A DNA stretch of 64,000 bases, taken from Hydrolagus affinis. Taxonomy: Eukaryota. Shown here piece by piece: positions 23,481 to 35,710 of the stretch. The notes beneath the pieces are model-generated. The model did not search any database, had not been told where the DNA came from, and saw only the letters and a program-made list of their open reading frames with translations. Location: contig JAAILG010000673.1 of NCBI GenBank assembly GCA_012026655.1, positions 1 through 64,000 on the forward strand, written 5' to 3'. Made by a program: the position numbers and the translations under genes. How positions within the stretch are numbered: position 1 is the first letter of the stretch; the number at the start of each line of letters is the position of its first letter.

Positions 23481-25207
23481 GATGAAATTGGTCGCTTATG
23501 TCTGTAGTCAAATTGTAACAAGTGATCCAATACATCAGAGCCTGACTGGTGTTTTGAGATCAGATTCTAGTCCAGGTGGGATGCAAATCTCACCCTTCTT
23601 CTGGCTGTGAAGCCCTTTTATATAATTGGTAACTATCACTATCATCACTGCTCCGAATCCCGCTCACTGGGGGCTCTGGACTACCCCGCCCACGAACAAC
23701 TAAGTGCGACAGCAAAGCCAGCTAACTGGTAGCAAACAGCCATTCATTTTTAATGTTACATAGAATTACATAGAACTTTACAGAACTGAAACAGGACACT
23801 TCATCCAACTAGTGTGTTCCAATGTCTATATTCCACACCATACCCTCCTTATCCCTTCTCCCATAACCATCCTTCTTGTGTATACATTGGATTCCCGCTT
23901 AAATGTATCAACTACTGATTATTATTATAGTCTTGTTGCTGCTAGTCCAACCTGCTGCAGTTAGTCAATGTATTGCTACAACCAATCTGCAAGACTAATG
24001 CATTTTCATCTTCACATTTCTGTGCCAACTACAGCATTGTAAATTCAGAGACTTTTCTACCTCATTTGATAAGATATTGCCTGGAAAAGATCTGATCACT
24101 TTATTACTACCAAAAGACCATAAAATGTGCCCCGTGGCAATCTATCAAAAGTGATTTCTACTTTCGACTTTCTGGTGTCAGAGGAATCCAGGGACTGTGA
24201 CCCATATTTGACCAGATCTACTTGAACAAATATGACCACAAAGATGAAGTCAAGATGTCTCATCTGGGCATTATCAAGCCTGAAGGATATTGGTTTGAAT
24301 CCAAAAGTTGAATCTTCCAGCACTTACATTTTTCCTGATCTCGTCTCAAAAAAGTAGCAACTTATTTTCTAGATTTGGAGAGAGAGAGCAAAAAGCCCTT
24401 TTGATCCATGGTGCCTTTTATTCAGCTTTCCGGAGCTCTGTTTGTGTATTTTATTCCATTTAACTGGATTTACTGGCTCTTTTGTGCTCGAAATATCCTT
24501 CGCCATCCATTTCCAGAAATAACATCGATGATCGATGTTGTCACAAGAAGAGGCACCGCGTTTAAATCACCAATAGCCCAAGTTCCACTGTAATGATGAG
24601 TGCCAATATTACTATTACGTACTTGAATTAATCCTTGTCATTGAAATAAAAATGATTTCACTGTGAAGTGTTTGGAGACATCCTTCCGACGTGAGAGGTA
24701 CAGTATCCAATGCAAGAATTATTATTTTTATTTTTTTCTCGCAGACCTGCCAGACTTCACAAGACTGTATCCTCATAGCTAGGTCAGCCCCGGGGACACC
24801 CACGTTTCTTTACAATCCTTATAGGAGACTAATTGATTGTGAAATTTTGGACACAGCACTGGAGTATATGTTTAAGCGAACAAGCCTCAAGTGAGACTGG
24901 TGACTGGAAGGAATGTTTTCCTTGCCATTAGCTGTTGTGACTGTGTGGGACAGACTAGATACCAAGTAATTGCCACCATTATTGTTTCTGTCAAAAATAA
25001 CAGAACGAGTGTCCGCTTAGGAATGATGACAGTGGTTATATCTGACTGCTGCCTGTGCATGGGAAATGGGCCAGAATTGTACGGTGGATATGGATGAATA
25101 TTTCTTGATCAGCTCAGTTACCTCTGGGACTTTCTGTACAAAATCCTCTGCTTCCTTCTCTGGAGCCGATTTGGAATCCAAATCCATGTCTTACCCTTGA
25201 AATTGCT

Positions 25208-25390
25208 TTATAATAATAATATTCCTTACATTTGATAATGTGCCTTATGATGTCTTTGACCCATCTCAATGCACTTTACAGAATATACTGTAAAGTGAAT
25301 TAACTATATATTCTGTGGGCAAAACATGGCAGGCATTTGCACGCAGCAGTGCCCCACAACAGTTATGGATTGAGTGACTAAATTTGTTAC
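25208..25390 (-). mobile_element. 5'-truncated SINE copy
   Basis: (AAT)n tail and CAGAATATACTGTAAAGTGAATT.ACT body. Confidence 0.8.
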
Positions 25391-25880
25391 CACTCTGTTA
25401 AACTGCTTTGGGACTTGATGCAAATTGATCGGATCTAACCTTGTGTATTGCACCAGTGGAACTGACTTGATGGACAAAATGACCTCCTCATGCTCTGTGA
25501 TACCAGGTTGAATGAAGCATAACTGCTGTGTCAAAGAAAATGAACCAGCAGTAATTGAACACATTATTGGATGTGAAATGGGAGCGTTTATTTGATACAA
25601 GTTGCCTGCCTCAGCTGCATGCAGATTGGAGCCTGCTGAAACAAGCCTAATAATGTGTATTGACAAGATTGGTTCCAGCATGGCAGGCGGCTTGGTTGCA
25701 ATGATTGATAACCTGATTAAGGCAACTGTATCTTGCATTCTATCTCGATTTAGTAATGAAAAGGCGAATCAGTATTTACCCATTGTTGTGGGGTCCCCAG
25801 GAAGGCATTGCCACATTGGAAAATAATGGGACAGAGTGTCACTGAGTCGGGGGATGGGGGTGAGGGAAATAACCCACAAT

Positions 25881-26252
25881 ACAACAACAACAAATGGCAT
25901 TTATACAGTGCCTTTCACATTGGGAGGATGTCCGAAGACATTGGACAATCAAGGGTTTGCATCTGAGCTGGGGGGTTGGAATTAAGAGGACAAGAATGGG
26001 TGGTGGGATGGTGGCCGAAGGCACGTCAAAGTGGAAGTTCTTGAAATGGGCCCTGAGGAGGCAAGGGAGGGGACGAGGTAGAGTGGCTCTGGGATACAGT
26101 TCCATAGGGTATGGGCAGAAAGGCTAATGGCTCGAGTGCTGATGTCAGAACGGACAGGGCGGGCGACATGGAGCAAGCCAGTGCTTGCTAAGCAGAGAGA
26201 CTGGACAGTTTGACATGGTGTTAATAGATTGCAGAGGTAGGGAGGAGCATGA
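25881..26252 (-). mobile_element. L2 LINE 3' end including the decayed ORF2 C-terminus
   Basis: The - strand reads HAPPYLCNLLTP...SL...TGLLHV...RAISLSAHTLWNCIPE, the L2 motif AP.YL..LL...RAFS..AP.LWN.LP. It ends in (TTG)n. Confidence 0.85.
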
Positions 26253-26759
26253 CTGTTAAACTGAGGTCCAATCTGCCTGTGGTATCCTAATGAAGGACCC
26301 CGTATTAGTGCAAACTCGGGTCTCAAATAGAGCTCTTTTTAAAAAAAAATGAAATCACTGACCAAGTCTGTTGGCTCTTGCACAGTGTTAGCCTGTTTTG
26401 GCCCTTGTTTTTATGTTGGTGTGATCATTTAAAAAAAACAGTGCCCGGCTTTGGTGCAATTTTAAGGCATGTGTACCAAACAGGAAGTTTTCTTTGGGTG
26501 TTAGGATTTATTTAACTGTTCCTGTAGTTGTGCTTGTTTTGTTTTGGTTTGTTTTGTTAGCAAACATTTGGTTTCTATAAATGGGCATTTTTTTTTCTCC
26601 CCAAAAAAAGAAACTGCAACCAAGGATACAGTGTGTTCTAACCTGTGTCTGGGGTTGGTGGGTGGGGAACGGATGCCCGTGTGATGCCCAAACAAGACTC
26701 TTTGGTTGTGAGAGTCTGATGGAAGTGAGGTAAAAAGCATTGGAAAAGGGTTGTGTTGC

Positions 26760-26977
26760 ACTGCACTGCCCCCTCCCTAGACTCCTTCATGTCCTGCCTC
26801 AAGACCCTCCTCTTCAACCATGCCATCGTTCACCCCCTTTCGCCTCCCACATTCCTCTACCCTTCCCTATCCCAACCCCAGCTCAGGTGCAAATAACTGT
26901 CTGTCCAGCGCCTTGGGACATCCTCGTGATGTGAAAGGCACTATAAAAATGTAATTTTGTTGTTGGTGTTGTTGTTG
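26760..26977 (+). mobile_element. L2 LINE 3' end
   Basis: CTCAAGACCCTCCTCTTCAACC...GCGCCTTGGGACATCCTCGTGATGTGAAAGGCACTATAAAAATGTAATTTTGTTGTTG. Confidence 0.82.
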
Positions 26978-27674
26978 CTAATCAGTGCCACATGGAGCAT
27001 GAGTTAGCAGTGCAGATAGACTGTGCAGATGATAGCATAGGAATAAGCCAGCTCATCAAATACAGTACAGTATGTAGTGTCAAAATACCTGCAATTTTGA
27101 AAGGTAGAGACTTGCCCTGGAGAGAGCTATCTGGGTCTGAACATGACAGAGAGCTATGTTAAGGTCCATATACCACAGAGACCTATGTAAGGGCCACAGA
27201 CTATAGAGAACTAGGTAAGGTCTGTGCACCATGTAGAGCAAAAGGAGCGTTTCCTTCTATCCTGTGATACTTAAGCTTGTTTTTGTTAAGAAAAAATTCT
27301 TCAAAGTGCACTGCTCTGCAATTAGGAAGCTGGCAGGGTCTGTCTGTGAGAGTGCGTGTGAGCACTTATATCCTTGATGTGTTACTGCAGTAGACACCTT
27401 CAAGGTAAAAAATTCAATCGAGAGGCTGTTAGCTGAACAGCTTAAAAGACTGAGGGAAACGTTCTCTTTGGGGACACATCATGGTGTCTCGTGGCCTTAA
27501 GATCTTTGACTTAAACTGTGGGATCGTACAGAACTTCAGAATTTTTTTTAATTCAGCTTCAATTTGCGAGCCAGTTTCTTTTTTAATAGCAAAAAAAACC
27601 TTCCAAATTAAAAGTGAATTTAAGTAACTTTCACACTTGGGCATGATGTTACATTTGAGCACAATGGTCTTAAT

Positions 27675-27860
27675 AGTAATAATAATCATCATGATCATAA
27701 TCTTTTGATAAGAAACCTCATCACTTTGTTGAGACATCTCAAAGTGTTTCACGGAATGCACTGTAAATTGTAGCGACTGTGTATTTTGTGGGTGAAGCAT
27801 GGCAGCCAATTACACTCAGCTGTGTCCCACAAACAGTTGTGGATTGAGTGACCAAATAAA
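27675..27860 (-). mobile_element. 5'-truncated SINE copy
   Basis: GAGACATCTCAAAGTGTTTCACGGAAT...GGCAGCCAATT...GTCCCACAAACAG. Confidence 0.78.
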
Positions 27861-30794
27861 TTTTTTTAAAGCCTGAGAGCAGGAGAATTTTCAAGCCTCT
27901 GTTATTCATTGCAGTGCTTTCAAAATATGTTTGAAATATGATAATGAAAGACTGGTGGGGTGGGGGGGTGGGGGTTCAGACTTTGTGTTTGTATGTATTG
28001 TAGCTACACATATCACCACTGGGGACTTTGGGACACAAGGTAATTTCCCATTACTGAGTTGCCGACTGACTCATATCCTCTGTACTGGTGGTGGAACAAG
28101 GAACTGTTCAGCAACTACGGAAGTGTCACTTTGTATAAAACGCAGGTGGTCTTGGAACCATGGGGGCTGCTGTGAATTGCTACCTCTGATCTGTGTGTCA
28201 GATCCAAAGCTTGTTGCTTTGCATTTATCGGAATTAGTGGCACAAAATGGTAAAAGTTCTGAACCTAAAACGCAGTAAAACCTTGTTAGAGGAAACATCC
28301 TGCACAGCATTTGTTTGTTATAGCATTGTTCCCAGTTTGTGATCGGGCTTTTCCTGTAGAACGAAACCTTCTGTTCCTGTAATTCTTTGATAAATGTTTC
28401 CTTATATCATAGCAGTCATTCGCCACGTCATCACTGTGAAGCATTTCTGGGTTTTATTGAGATCGTGACCTAATTGAGAACAGACCGTGTCAGCGGATCT
28501 TAAAAAGTTCCACGGGACTTCACCCATTAGAATAATTTGCTTTCAGACTGGATCTTTCCCCTCCCAGTTCTTAACATTTTGATGAGTTAACTGGCACGCA
28601 GTGTAATCAAATGTGCAGTATAATTAGACTAGAGGATAATCATCTTTAATTTGATACTGCGCCTTTCTGGTTATCAAGAAATCTCAAAGCGATTCACATG
28701 ATTTACTGTAAAGTGCAGTGACTGTGTAATTTGTAGACCAGTGCAGCAGCCAATTTGGATACAGCAGAATCCCACAAATTGCTGCTGAGCGAATGACCAA
28801 TTTTGACCACTGCCCAGGACACCCGGAGAAACTCCTTTCTCTTTTTGAATAGTGCAAGAAGGTCTTTAATGCCCAACTGAAAAGCCCTTTCTAAATATTA
28901 TTCCAAGTGCTGGTTTTCTCAAAGTCAAGTCCCTCTGAGCATCAAAGCGAACTGTGATTAAAAACTTGAGCTCCAACTTTCCATTTCTTTTCAATGAACG
29001 AGGAAACGGTTTAGAAAATATCAAATTTACTGAACACGCAAATGGCAACTGGGGGCCGGCAGTATCCAAGCCCTAGGACTGAGCTCCTCACACGGGCTGA
29101 CTGGAAGCTATTCCAAATTACACACTGGTTTTGAAGAAGAAAGAGTGGGGTAGAAATATGAATTACAGAGGTAAACACCCCCTCACCACTGCACTAAAGG
29201 TATTTAATAAAAATACACACACACACTGCATGAACAATCATATCAGTCCTTTGCTGACAAGTTCATTTTCAATCTGACTGCTTTCCTCAAAGGAAATTAT
29301 TGCCTCAGCAACTTCAATGAATATAGTATCAAATCGTGGAGTCAACGTCTCAACGTGCTTAACTGTTGGGAGCAGTGGACACTGAGCACAAAGTGGGAGG
29401 AATATAGAAGTGAACAAGAGTTTTAATTCTAACAAAGAGAATTTTTAATCTTTTTGACCTTTTATGATTCGTACCTTTCATACAGCGCATTTCAAGTTGG
29501 GAGGATATCTCAAAGATATCCTATATGTAGGATATCTTTTACAAAACATACTGGAAAGTGTACTGACTGTGTCTTTTCCAGGTCCACGTGGTAGCCACAC
29601 AGCAACATCCCACAAATAGCCATGAAGCGAATGAGCAATTTTATCAGTGGGATTGTTGGCCAGGACACTGGAAGCTTTTTGAAGTTATGGGGAGTGGTAA
29701 CAAGGTGAAGTGGCTTTGGAAGAGGATTTCAAAGGTTTGGGCAATGCTGGCTGAAGACTTGGAATTCAATGGGGGGTAGTGAGGCACAAGAAGTGGCACA
29801 TTATTGCACTCATAAAACGTATGCAGTCAGTACCAACCAATAACTAGATTTGTTTTCTAGGTTCCAGCAGAATTTTAATTCTGCTCTGCAAGTCTGACTC
29901 ACAGCAAGCTTGGACTGTGGTCTCTGGGGTATTTTACTTATTAAATCCTCCACACTCAATTGGCCACGGAAAATATAGAGCGAATTGAGTTTTGTCAAGC
30001 CATTGGGCCTTTTAATGCTGATTTTTGTGGTCAGGTCAGATTTTTGAGTAGCAGTCACTCTCGCTTCCCAACATGACACTGGTTATCTCACCAATATCAC
30101 AGAGCATGTGTCTTTTGTTACAATATACGAGGAGTTCCAAATCCTACACAACACGGGGCACAGAAACATTGCTGTAGTATTGGGTTTGGAGCGGTGAATG
30201 AGAGAATTATTGCACTTCACAGAAAGTGTAGTGACTATACAGGTCCAGCAATGTTCCACAAACAGTCATGAAATGATTCGCCAACTTTTTTTTTAAATCT
30301 GGAGGATTGTTGGCCAGAACATCAGTAGAAACTCTTCTCTTTTCGATTAGTGCCATGGAATCTTGCAATGTTCCCCTGAACAGGTAGGCAAGACTTTGGT
30401 TTAACGTCTCATCCAACAATGTAGCACTTCACTGAAACATCAAGTTTAAAACTCCCAATGTGGGACATGAACTCACTACGTTCTGCTTGTTCAGGTGGAT
30501 GGTAAAGATCCCATGTCATAATCCCCCATGGCTGGTTGTGGCACATTGCTGCGTTTGCGCAAATTGGCTGCCATATTCAGATATAAAATACACAGGCATT
30601 ACATTTCAGTTTATTCTGTGCAGCTCTTTAGATAACCTCCTAAGGTGAAAGATGTGGTATCAAGTGGAAAGACAATGGGTAATGTGATTGTTTTATACAG
30701 AAATATCTATTTTGACTTGGTTTTCCACTGTAGGCTTTAATGTGTTTTGGATTAGTTTAGAATTCTTGTTAGTATTATGTTGCTTATATATTAA

Positions 30795-31090
30795 GGGCGA
30801 AACCTTAGGCAAGCTTTTTACTCCACACGCCTCTGTTTAAGTAGCAGTAAGTAGAAACCTGGTTGTTAGTTGATTGGCAGATCACTTTCCGGGGGTAATA
30901 ATCCCTCCCCCCAAAAAGTGGTCATCCAATCCCTGATTGTTTGTGGGACATTGCTACGCATAATTGATTGCCACGTTCCGCACACAAAATACACAGTCAA
31001 TTCACTTTACAGTATATTCTGTGAAGCACTTTGAGACGTCTCAATGACCTGATCAGGTGCGATATCAAATGCAAGGTTACTATTATTATA
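30795..31090 (+). mobile_element. SINE, long subfamily (5'-truncated)
   Basis: Same body as the 3558 copy, with an extra segment of about 60 nt, CTGTTTAAGTAGCAGTAAGTAGAAACCTGGTTGTTAGTTGATTGGCAGATC, after CCACACGCCT. Confidence 0.85.
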
Positions 31091-31759
31091 ATTAGTGCTT
31101 TGCCTCCTCTCATCAAGTTTTGGGACCTGGGAACCCAGAAATTTGTGGCACAGTCTATTGTGTTCCCTTTCAAGTTGGTAGCTTTGGGCAATTCTGTGCT
31201 TTGGCAAGTGCATTTTGAAATGATCCGGTTTTGAGATTCTACAAGGCTTGTCAGAGATTGGGCCTTAAATTGATTGGAGATGAATTTCAGCTGCTTCCAC
31301 ACTGCCACCAGCTTTGGGTGTGATTTGCAGTCTTCATGTGAGGACATATCCTGTTTGCAGCTCACTAGTTTGCCAGACACTTCTGCTAAATGCATCTCTA
31401 AGGTCAGTGAAGTGTAGAAAATGAGATTTTATGGCTATGATGATCTGCGTACAGCTCTGAACGATTTGACTATTGACCAGCTTTATAAGAGCATGTGTGC
31501 TGGTTTGGAGCACAGAAGGATCCAGTGCCACTTACACCAGTTCAAAACGGCATTAGTTCCAGCAGTAATCCATTGTAAGCTTAGTACAGAACCCACAGCT
31601 CCTGGGTTGAATTTTGGAGTTTATTTAATGCAGGAATATCTATTTTGACTGAGTTTTCCCCATGCAGCTTTAATGTGTTTTGAATTTATTTTAGAACTCT
31701 TGTTAGCATTATGTTGCCTCTATATTCTTAAGTGGCAAGCTAGCTGCCTTTACTGTAGA

Positions 31760-32225
31760 TAATAATAATCCGTACATTTTGTATAGCGCCTTTCACATCA
31801 GGAGGACATTTCCAAGCACTTCACAGGATTTACTGTAAAGTGTGCATGTTGTGGAACGAAAACAGAAGCCAATTTGCACATTGCAATGCCCCACAAGCAG
31901 CCATGACGTGAGTTTCCCAGTTTTATCTGTGGGATTGTTGGTCAGGACACTGGGAGATACTCCCTTCACATTTTGAGTTATGCCAATGGGATGTTTAACA
32001 TCCACCTGAACAGGCAGACATTTTAACAATTCATCCAAAGGCAACACTCAACAACAACAACAACAACAACAAAATTACACCTGTATAGCACCTTTCACAT
32101 CAGGAGATGTGACACACTCTCAATATTGCATAGGAGGGTCAGCCTCCCTAGACTATAGGAGTTCCAAGTCCCGAAGTGTGAAACAAAACCATCTGCCTCA
32201 GAGGTGACAATGCTACCAACCACGC
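31760..32225 (-). mobile_element. Older Deu-domain SINE interrupted by a short L2 tail (about 32048-32110)
   Basis: Tail, Deu domain (ATGGGATGTTTAACATCCACCTGAAC) and head (CTCAGAGG...TGCTACCAAC), with (CAA)n...TATAGCACCTTTCACATCAGG inserted. Confidence 0.75.
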
Positions 32226-33266
32226 AGTTGCAGTTTAGATTTGCTGATCTTTGTGCATCTCAAGTAATGCTTCCAAATGCCTGGCGGTTATGTGTGGGTG
32301 GTATAGTCAGTAGTAACGCAGTGCTAACTTGGCAATAGAAGTGTATGAAAATTATGCATTTGACGTGTATGGTTTATCTGGTTAAATAAATCGAATTAGA
32401 GATCTGGTAGCCTTATTTTAGAACTTGAATGAATTAATGAGTTTCTTCACTGCAACATGAAGCTGTTACCAAGCAAACAAATGCAAACAAAATTGCCTAT
32501 TCTGATCGTTATTGTTCAGATTTTTTTATTCTCCTCCACTTCTTTATTTCTCTTTTTTCCTCATCCTGTATTCCTTTCTCGTTCACGGTTGCTTTCTTCA
32601 TTCTTTAGTTCCACTCGTTGCCTTTCCTCTTTCACATCACAAATCTCCACAGCACCCAGCCAAGAAGAACAACAACACATTATATAATATATATATATGT
32701 ATAATATAATGCTTTTCACGTTGGAAGGATGTCCCAAAGTGCTTGACAGTTGAGGGTTTTTCACCCAAGCTGTGATTTGAAATCGAGAGGGTTGGAGGGT
32801 TGTGTGCGCATTTTAACATGCGGAAGACCTGGAGCACATTTTTGTCCACAACTGACTCAAATGGGTAATTGCAATTTAGAATTGTATCAAGTATAAACTA
32901 TTCGGATTTGCATATTTGGTGATCTTATCAGATGAGCTTAAGCCATACAAAAGAAATTCTCGCTGGAGTCAAAGTGAGTTAAAATAAAATCTTACTTAGT
33001 AAGTAATGAGATCTGAAAAAAATTCAACCCTTAGATTTCAGTGTGTGGAACCAAATTCCACTTTGGGGTCCAAATCCCTGACTGTTCACCGCCTCGGGGC
33101 ACCTTCCCGACGTGAAAGGCACAACAAATATACAAATTACATTACAACTGTAATTTCTTGTTGTTGATAATGGATGGTTCATTATATGTAAGTCAGGTAT
33201 CATCACAGTTGTGTAGTACTTGGTCCTTTTTTTTTAAAAACTGATCTTTTTGATTGTCTTTCTCAG

Positions 33267-33526
33267 TCTTTTACAGATGGAATCACTAACAAGCTCATCG
33301 GTTGCTATGTGGATGAGACGATGCAAGATGTTATTCTCGTGAGACTCTATGGGAAGATGACGGAATTGTTTGTAGATCGTGACAACGAAGTGAAGAGTTT
33401 TCAGATGCTCCACGCTCACAGCCGAGCTCCAGAATTTTATTGCACTTTTCAGAATGGCATGTGCTACGAGTTCATGAAAGGGACTGTCTTAGACAAGTGG
33501 CTGCTTAGAGAGCCTTCTACCTTCAG
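33267..33526 (+). CDS. Ethanolamine kinase coding exon 2 (SFTDGITNKLIGCYVDETMQDVILVRLYGKMTELFVDRDNEVKSFQMLHAHSRAPEFYCTFQNGMCYEFMKGTVLDKWLLREPSTFR)
   Basis: Acceptor ttgtctttctcag|TCT, donor AG|gtaggg, length 260 nt. It carries the ETNK motifs FTDGITNKLIGCYV, LVR.YG..TE...DRD.EVKSF and YCTF.NG.CYEF. Confidence 0.97.
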
Positions 33527-33864
33527 GTAGGGAAACGCTGTATTCTTACCATTTACAGTTTGTGAAACACTCATCAAGCTCCATTCTAGAATAATATGCA
33601 TTTATACAGCATGCTTCAGACTTTACAAGGATGGGATCAGATGGGTTAAGAGAGTTGGGTACATTCTTCCCTGGGGAAGTATCCAGTGTGTCAGGGCAGA
33701 TTAGTGCTGCCATTGCACACGTCACAGAGAAGTTTATGAGGGCTGGATGCTCAGCTAGAATATAAGCATCAGCACTGACTAGTTAGGATGAGTGGCCTGT
33801 TTCTCTACTATACATCAAGACTGGGAAAGGGTTGCATGTCTCCCGACTCTTTGGTGGAATGTCT

Positions 33865-34070
33865 GGGAGCTGAAGGGCGTGGGGGTGGGGAAAGGTGACC
33901 GAAAGCATGGTTGCAGAAAAACATTTTGAGATGTGGCTTGAAACAGGAGAGGAGGGTGAGCGAATAGGAGGCACCCTGGAATATAGGTCCAAAGAAAATG
34001 GGCAGAATGGGTGAAAGCCTGCCCATCGACCAACAGTGGAGTGGATAGAGCAGGAGACATGAAGCTAAGT
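33865..34070 (-). mobile_element. L2 LINE 3' fragment
   Basis: The - strand reads ...LSCFKPHLKMFF and TTTGGTCACCTTTCCCCAC-like sequence, as in the other L2 ends. Confidence 0.65.
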
Positions 34071-34827
34071 TGGCTCGCTTAGCAGTGAACTGTTTTAAAA
34101 AATTATTCATGGATCCTGGCTACAACCCACATTATATGTAGTGACATACATACATAGAGAATGCTCCTGTAGATATTTCCCAACACTTGATTTGTGGACT
34201 CTCCTCTAGGCAGGGTTTTAGTGTGGAATTGGAGAATCTACCTTGTAGACCAACTTGGCGAGCTCAGCAACACCCAACCCAGCCTTTGGGAGCTCTTGAA
34301 TGAATGAGATTCTCATACCTTTCAGCTCTACTTTTGGAATGCAGAGACGATCCTTTTAGGAACAAATCGTGTGACCAATTTTCCTTTAATGGTCCGCACT
34401 TGCTGAGATGACTGCCATTGCTGGCCGGGCATATCAGAGGCTAAATGACTGTTGGCAAACGGTCTTAGTCACCAAATTGCACAGCAGCGCCCTGGTTTTC
34501 ATTCATACGAGATTTGCAGCGTTTCTGTACTTTATTGCAATAGGACTTTCTGTGGAGTCTCCTTTCACACAGATTTCCTATAACTCACAAAGTATGAAGA
34601 TCATTGAGGGGGTGGAGAAAAGGCTAAATTCACCATTTACCTGGGTCTCTTGCTCTACTCTATGGTAATGTTTTAGAGTGTTCAAAATAAAACAAATTCT
34701 TAAATATGGCCTTAATTTTGACACAGCTTTTTTTCTGTAAATTCTGTAAGGATTTCCAATTCAACACTAAATTCAACAGTTTGCCAGCCAGATTCAGGGC
34801 CCTAAAACACTACATGTATGCAACACA

Positions 34828-35094
34828 TTACAAGATTGAGACCTGTGTTCGAATCCAGACAGGTCAGGGCAAGTTTCCTTGCTCTACATGCCTAATGATA
34901 ATCCCCCAAAAAAACACACAATAAAAAAAATTGGTAATTTCAATCCACAATTGTTTGTGGGATACTGCTGTGCTCAATTGGCTGCCATATTTTGCCCACA
35001 AATATACAGTCAATTCACCTTACAGTATATTCTGTGAAGCATGCTTTGAAGCGTGAAAAGCGCAATATCAAATGCAAGGATTATTATTACTATT
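34828..35094 (+). mobile_element. tRNA-derived SINE, short subfamily, head truncated
   Basis: GAGACCTGTGTTCGAATCCAG through ATCAAATGCAAGGATTATTATT. Confidence 0.88.
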
Positions 35095-35497
35095 AGAAAA
35101 AATCTATCCTTAGGTCAAAATTCTCCTTTATAGTGTTGGGTCAATATTGGATTTTCAAAATTTGTGTCCGCAACATTTTAACTAGGCAAAAAGACAACAA
35201 CTGGTGATTAAATTGAAAGAAATGTCTACTTTTTCCTGTTGTCATTTCTGATATCCATGCTTTATTTTCGAGTGTGTTGAGCAAGAGTCGCAAATCACCA
35301 AGGAGATGCTGATTGGGAATTCCCTTGATGCATTGTTCACATAGGGATGTTTCTCTCTGGAGCTGAGATACTTGAGAGGGGACCTGACAGAGGTACGTGA
35401 GATTATGAAAAATCCAGTAAGGTGGACGGAGGTTCATAGGTTCATAGTAACCACTAGTTGGTGAGTCCAAAACTAAGAGCGTAAATGTAAGACAGCT

Positions 35498-35710
35498 AAT
35501 AATAATAATCCTTGCATTTGATATAGTGCTTTTCACATCTTCTAGATGTCTCAAAGCACTTCACAGAATACACTGTAAAGTGAATTTACTGTATATTTGT
35601 GGACGAAACACGGCAGCCAATTGCACGCAGCAATGTCTTACAAGCCGTCATGGATTGAAAATGACCAATTTATTATTGTTTTTTTTCAAGGGACTATTAT
35701 TAGGTGTGAA
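35498..35710 (-). mobile_element. 5'-truncated SINE inserted in CR1 remnants
   Basis: Close reverse-complement match to the SINE 3' half, with CR1-like sequence on both sides (35340-35480 and 35710-35910). Confidence 0.88.

Larger units (their letters stand above)
421..33266 (+). other. Intron 1, GC-AG type, 32,846 bp
   Basis: Donor AAG|GCAAGT and acceptor ctttctcag|. This is the only nearby pair that keeps the conserved FTDGITNK in frame. Confidence 0.8.
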
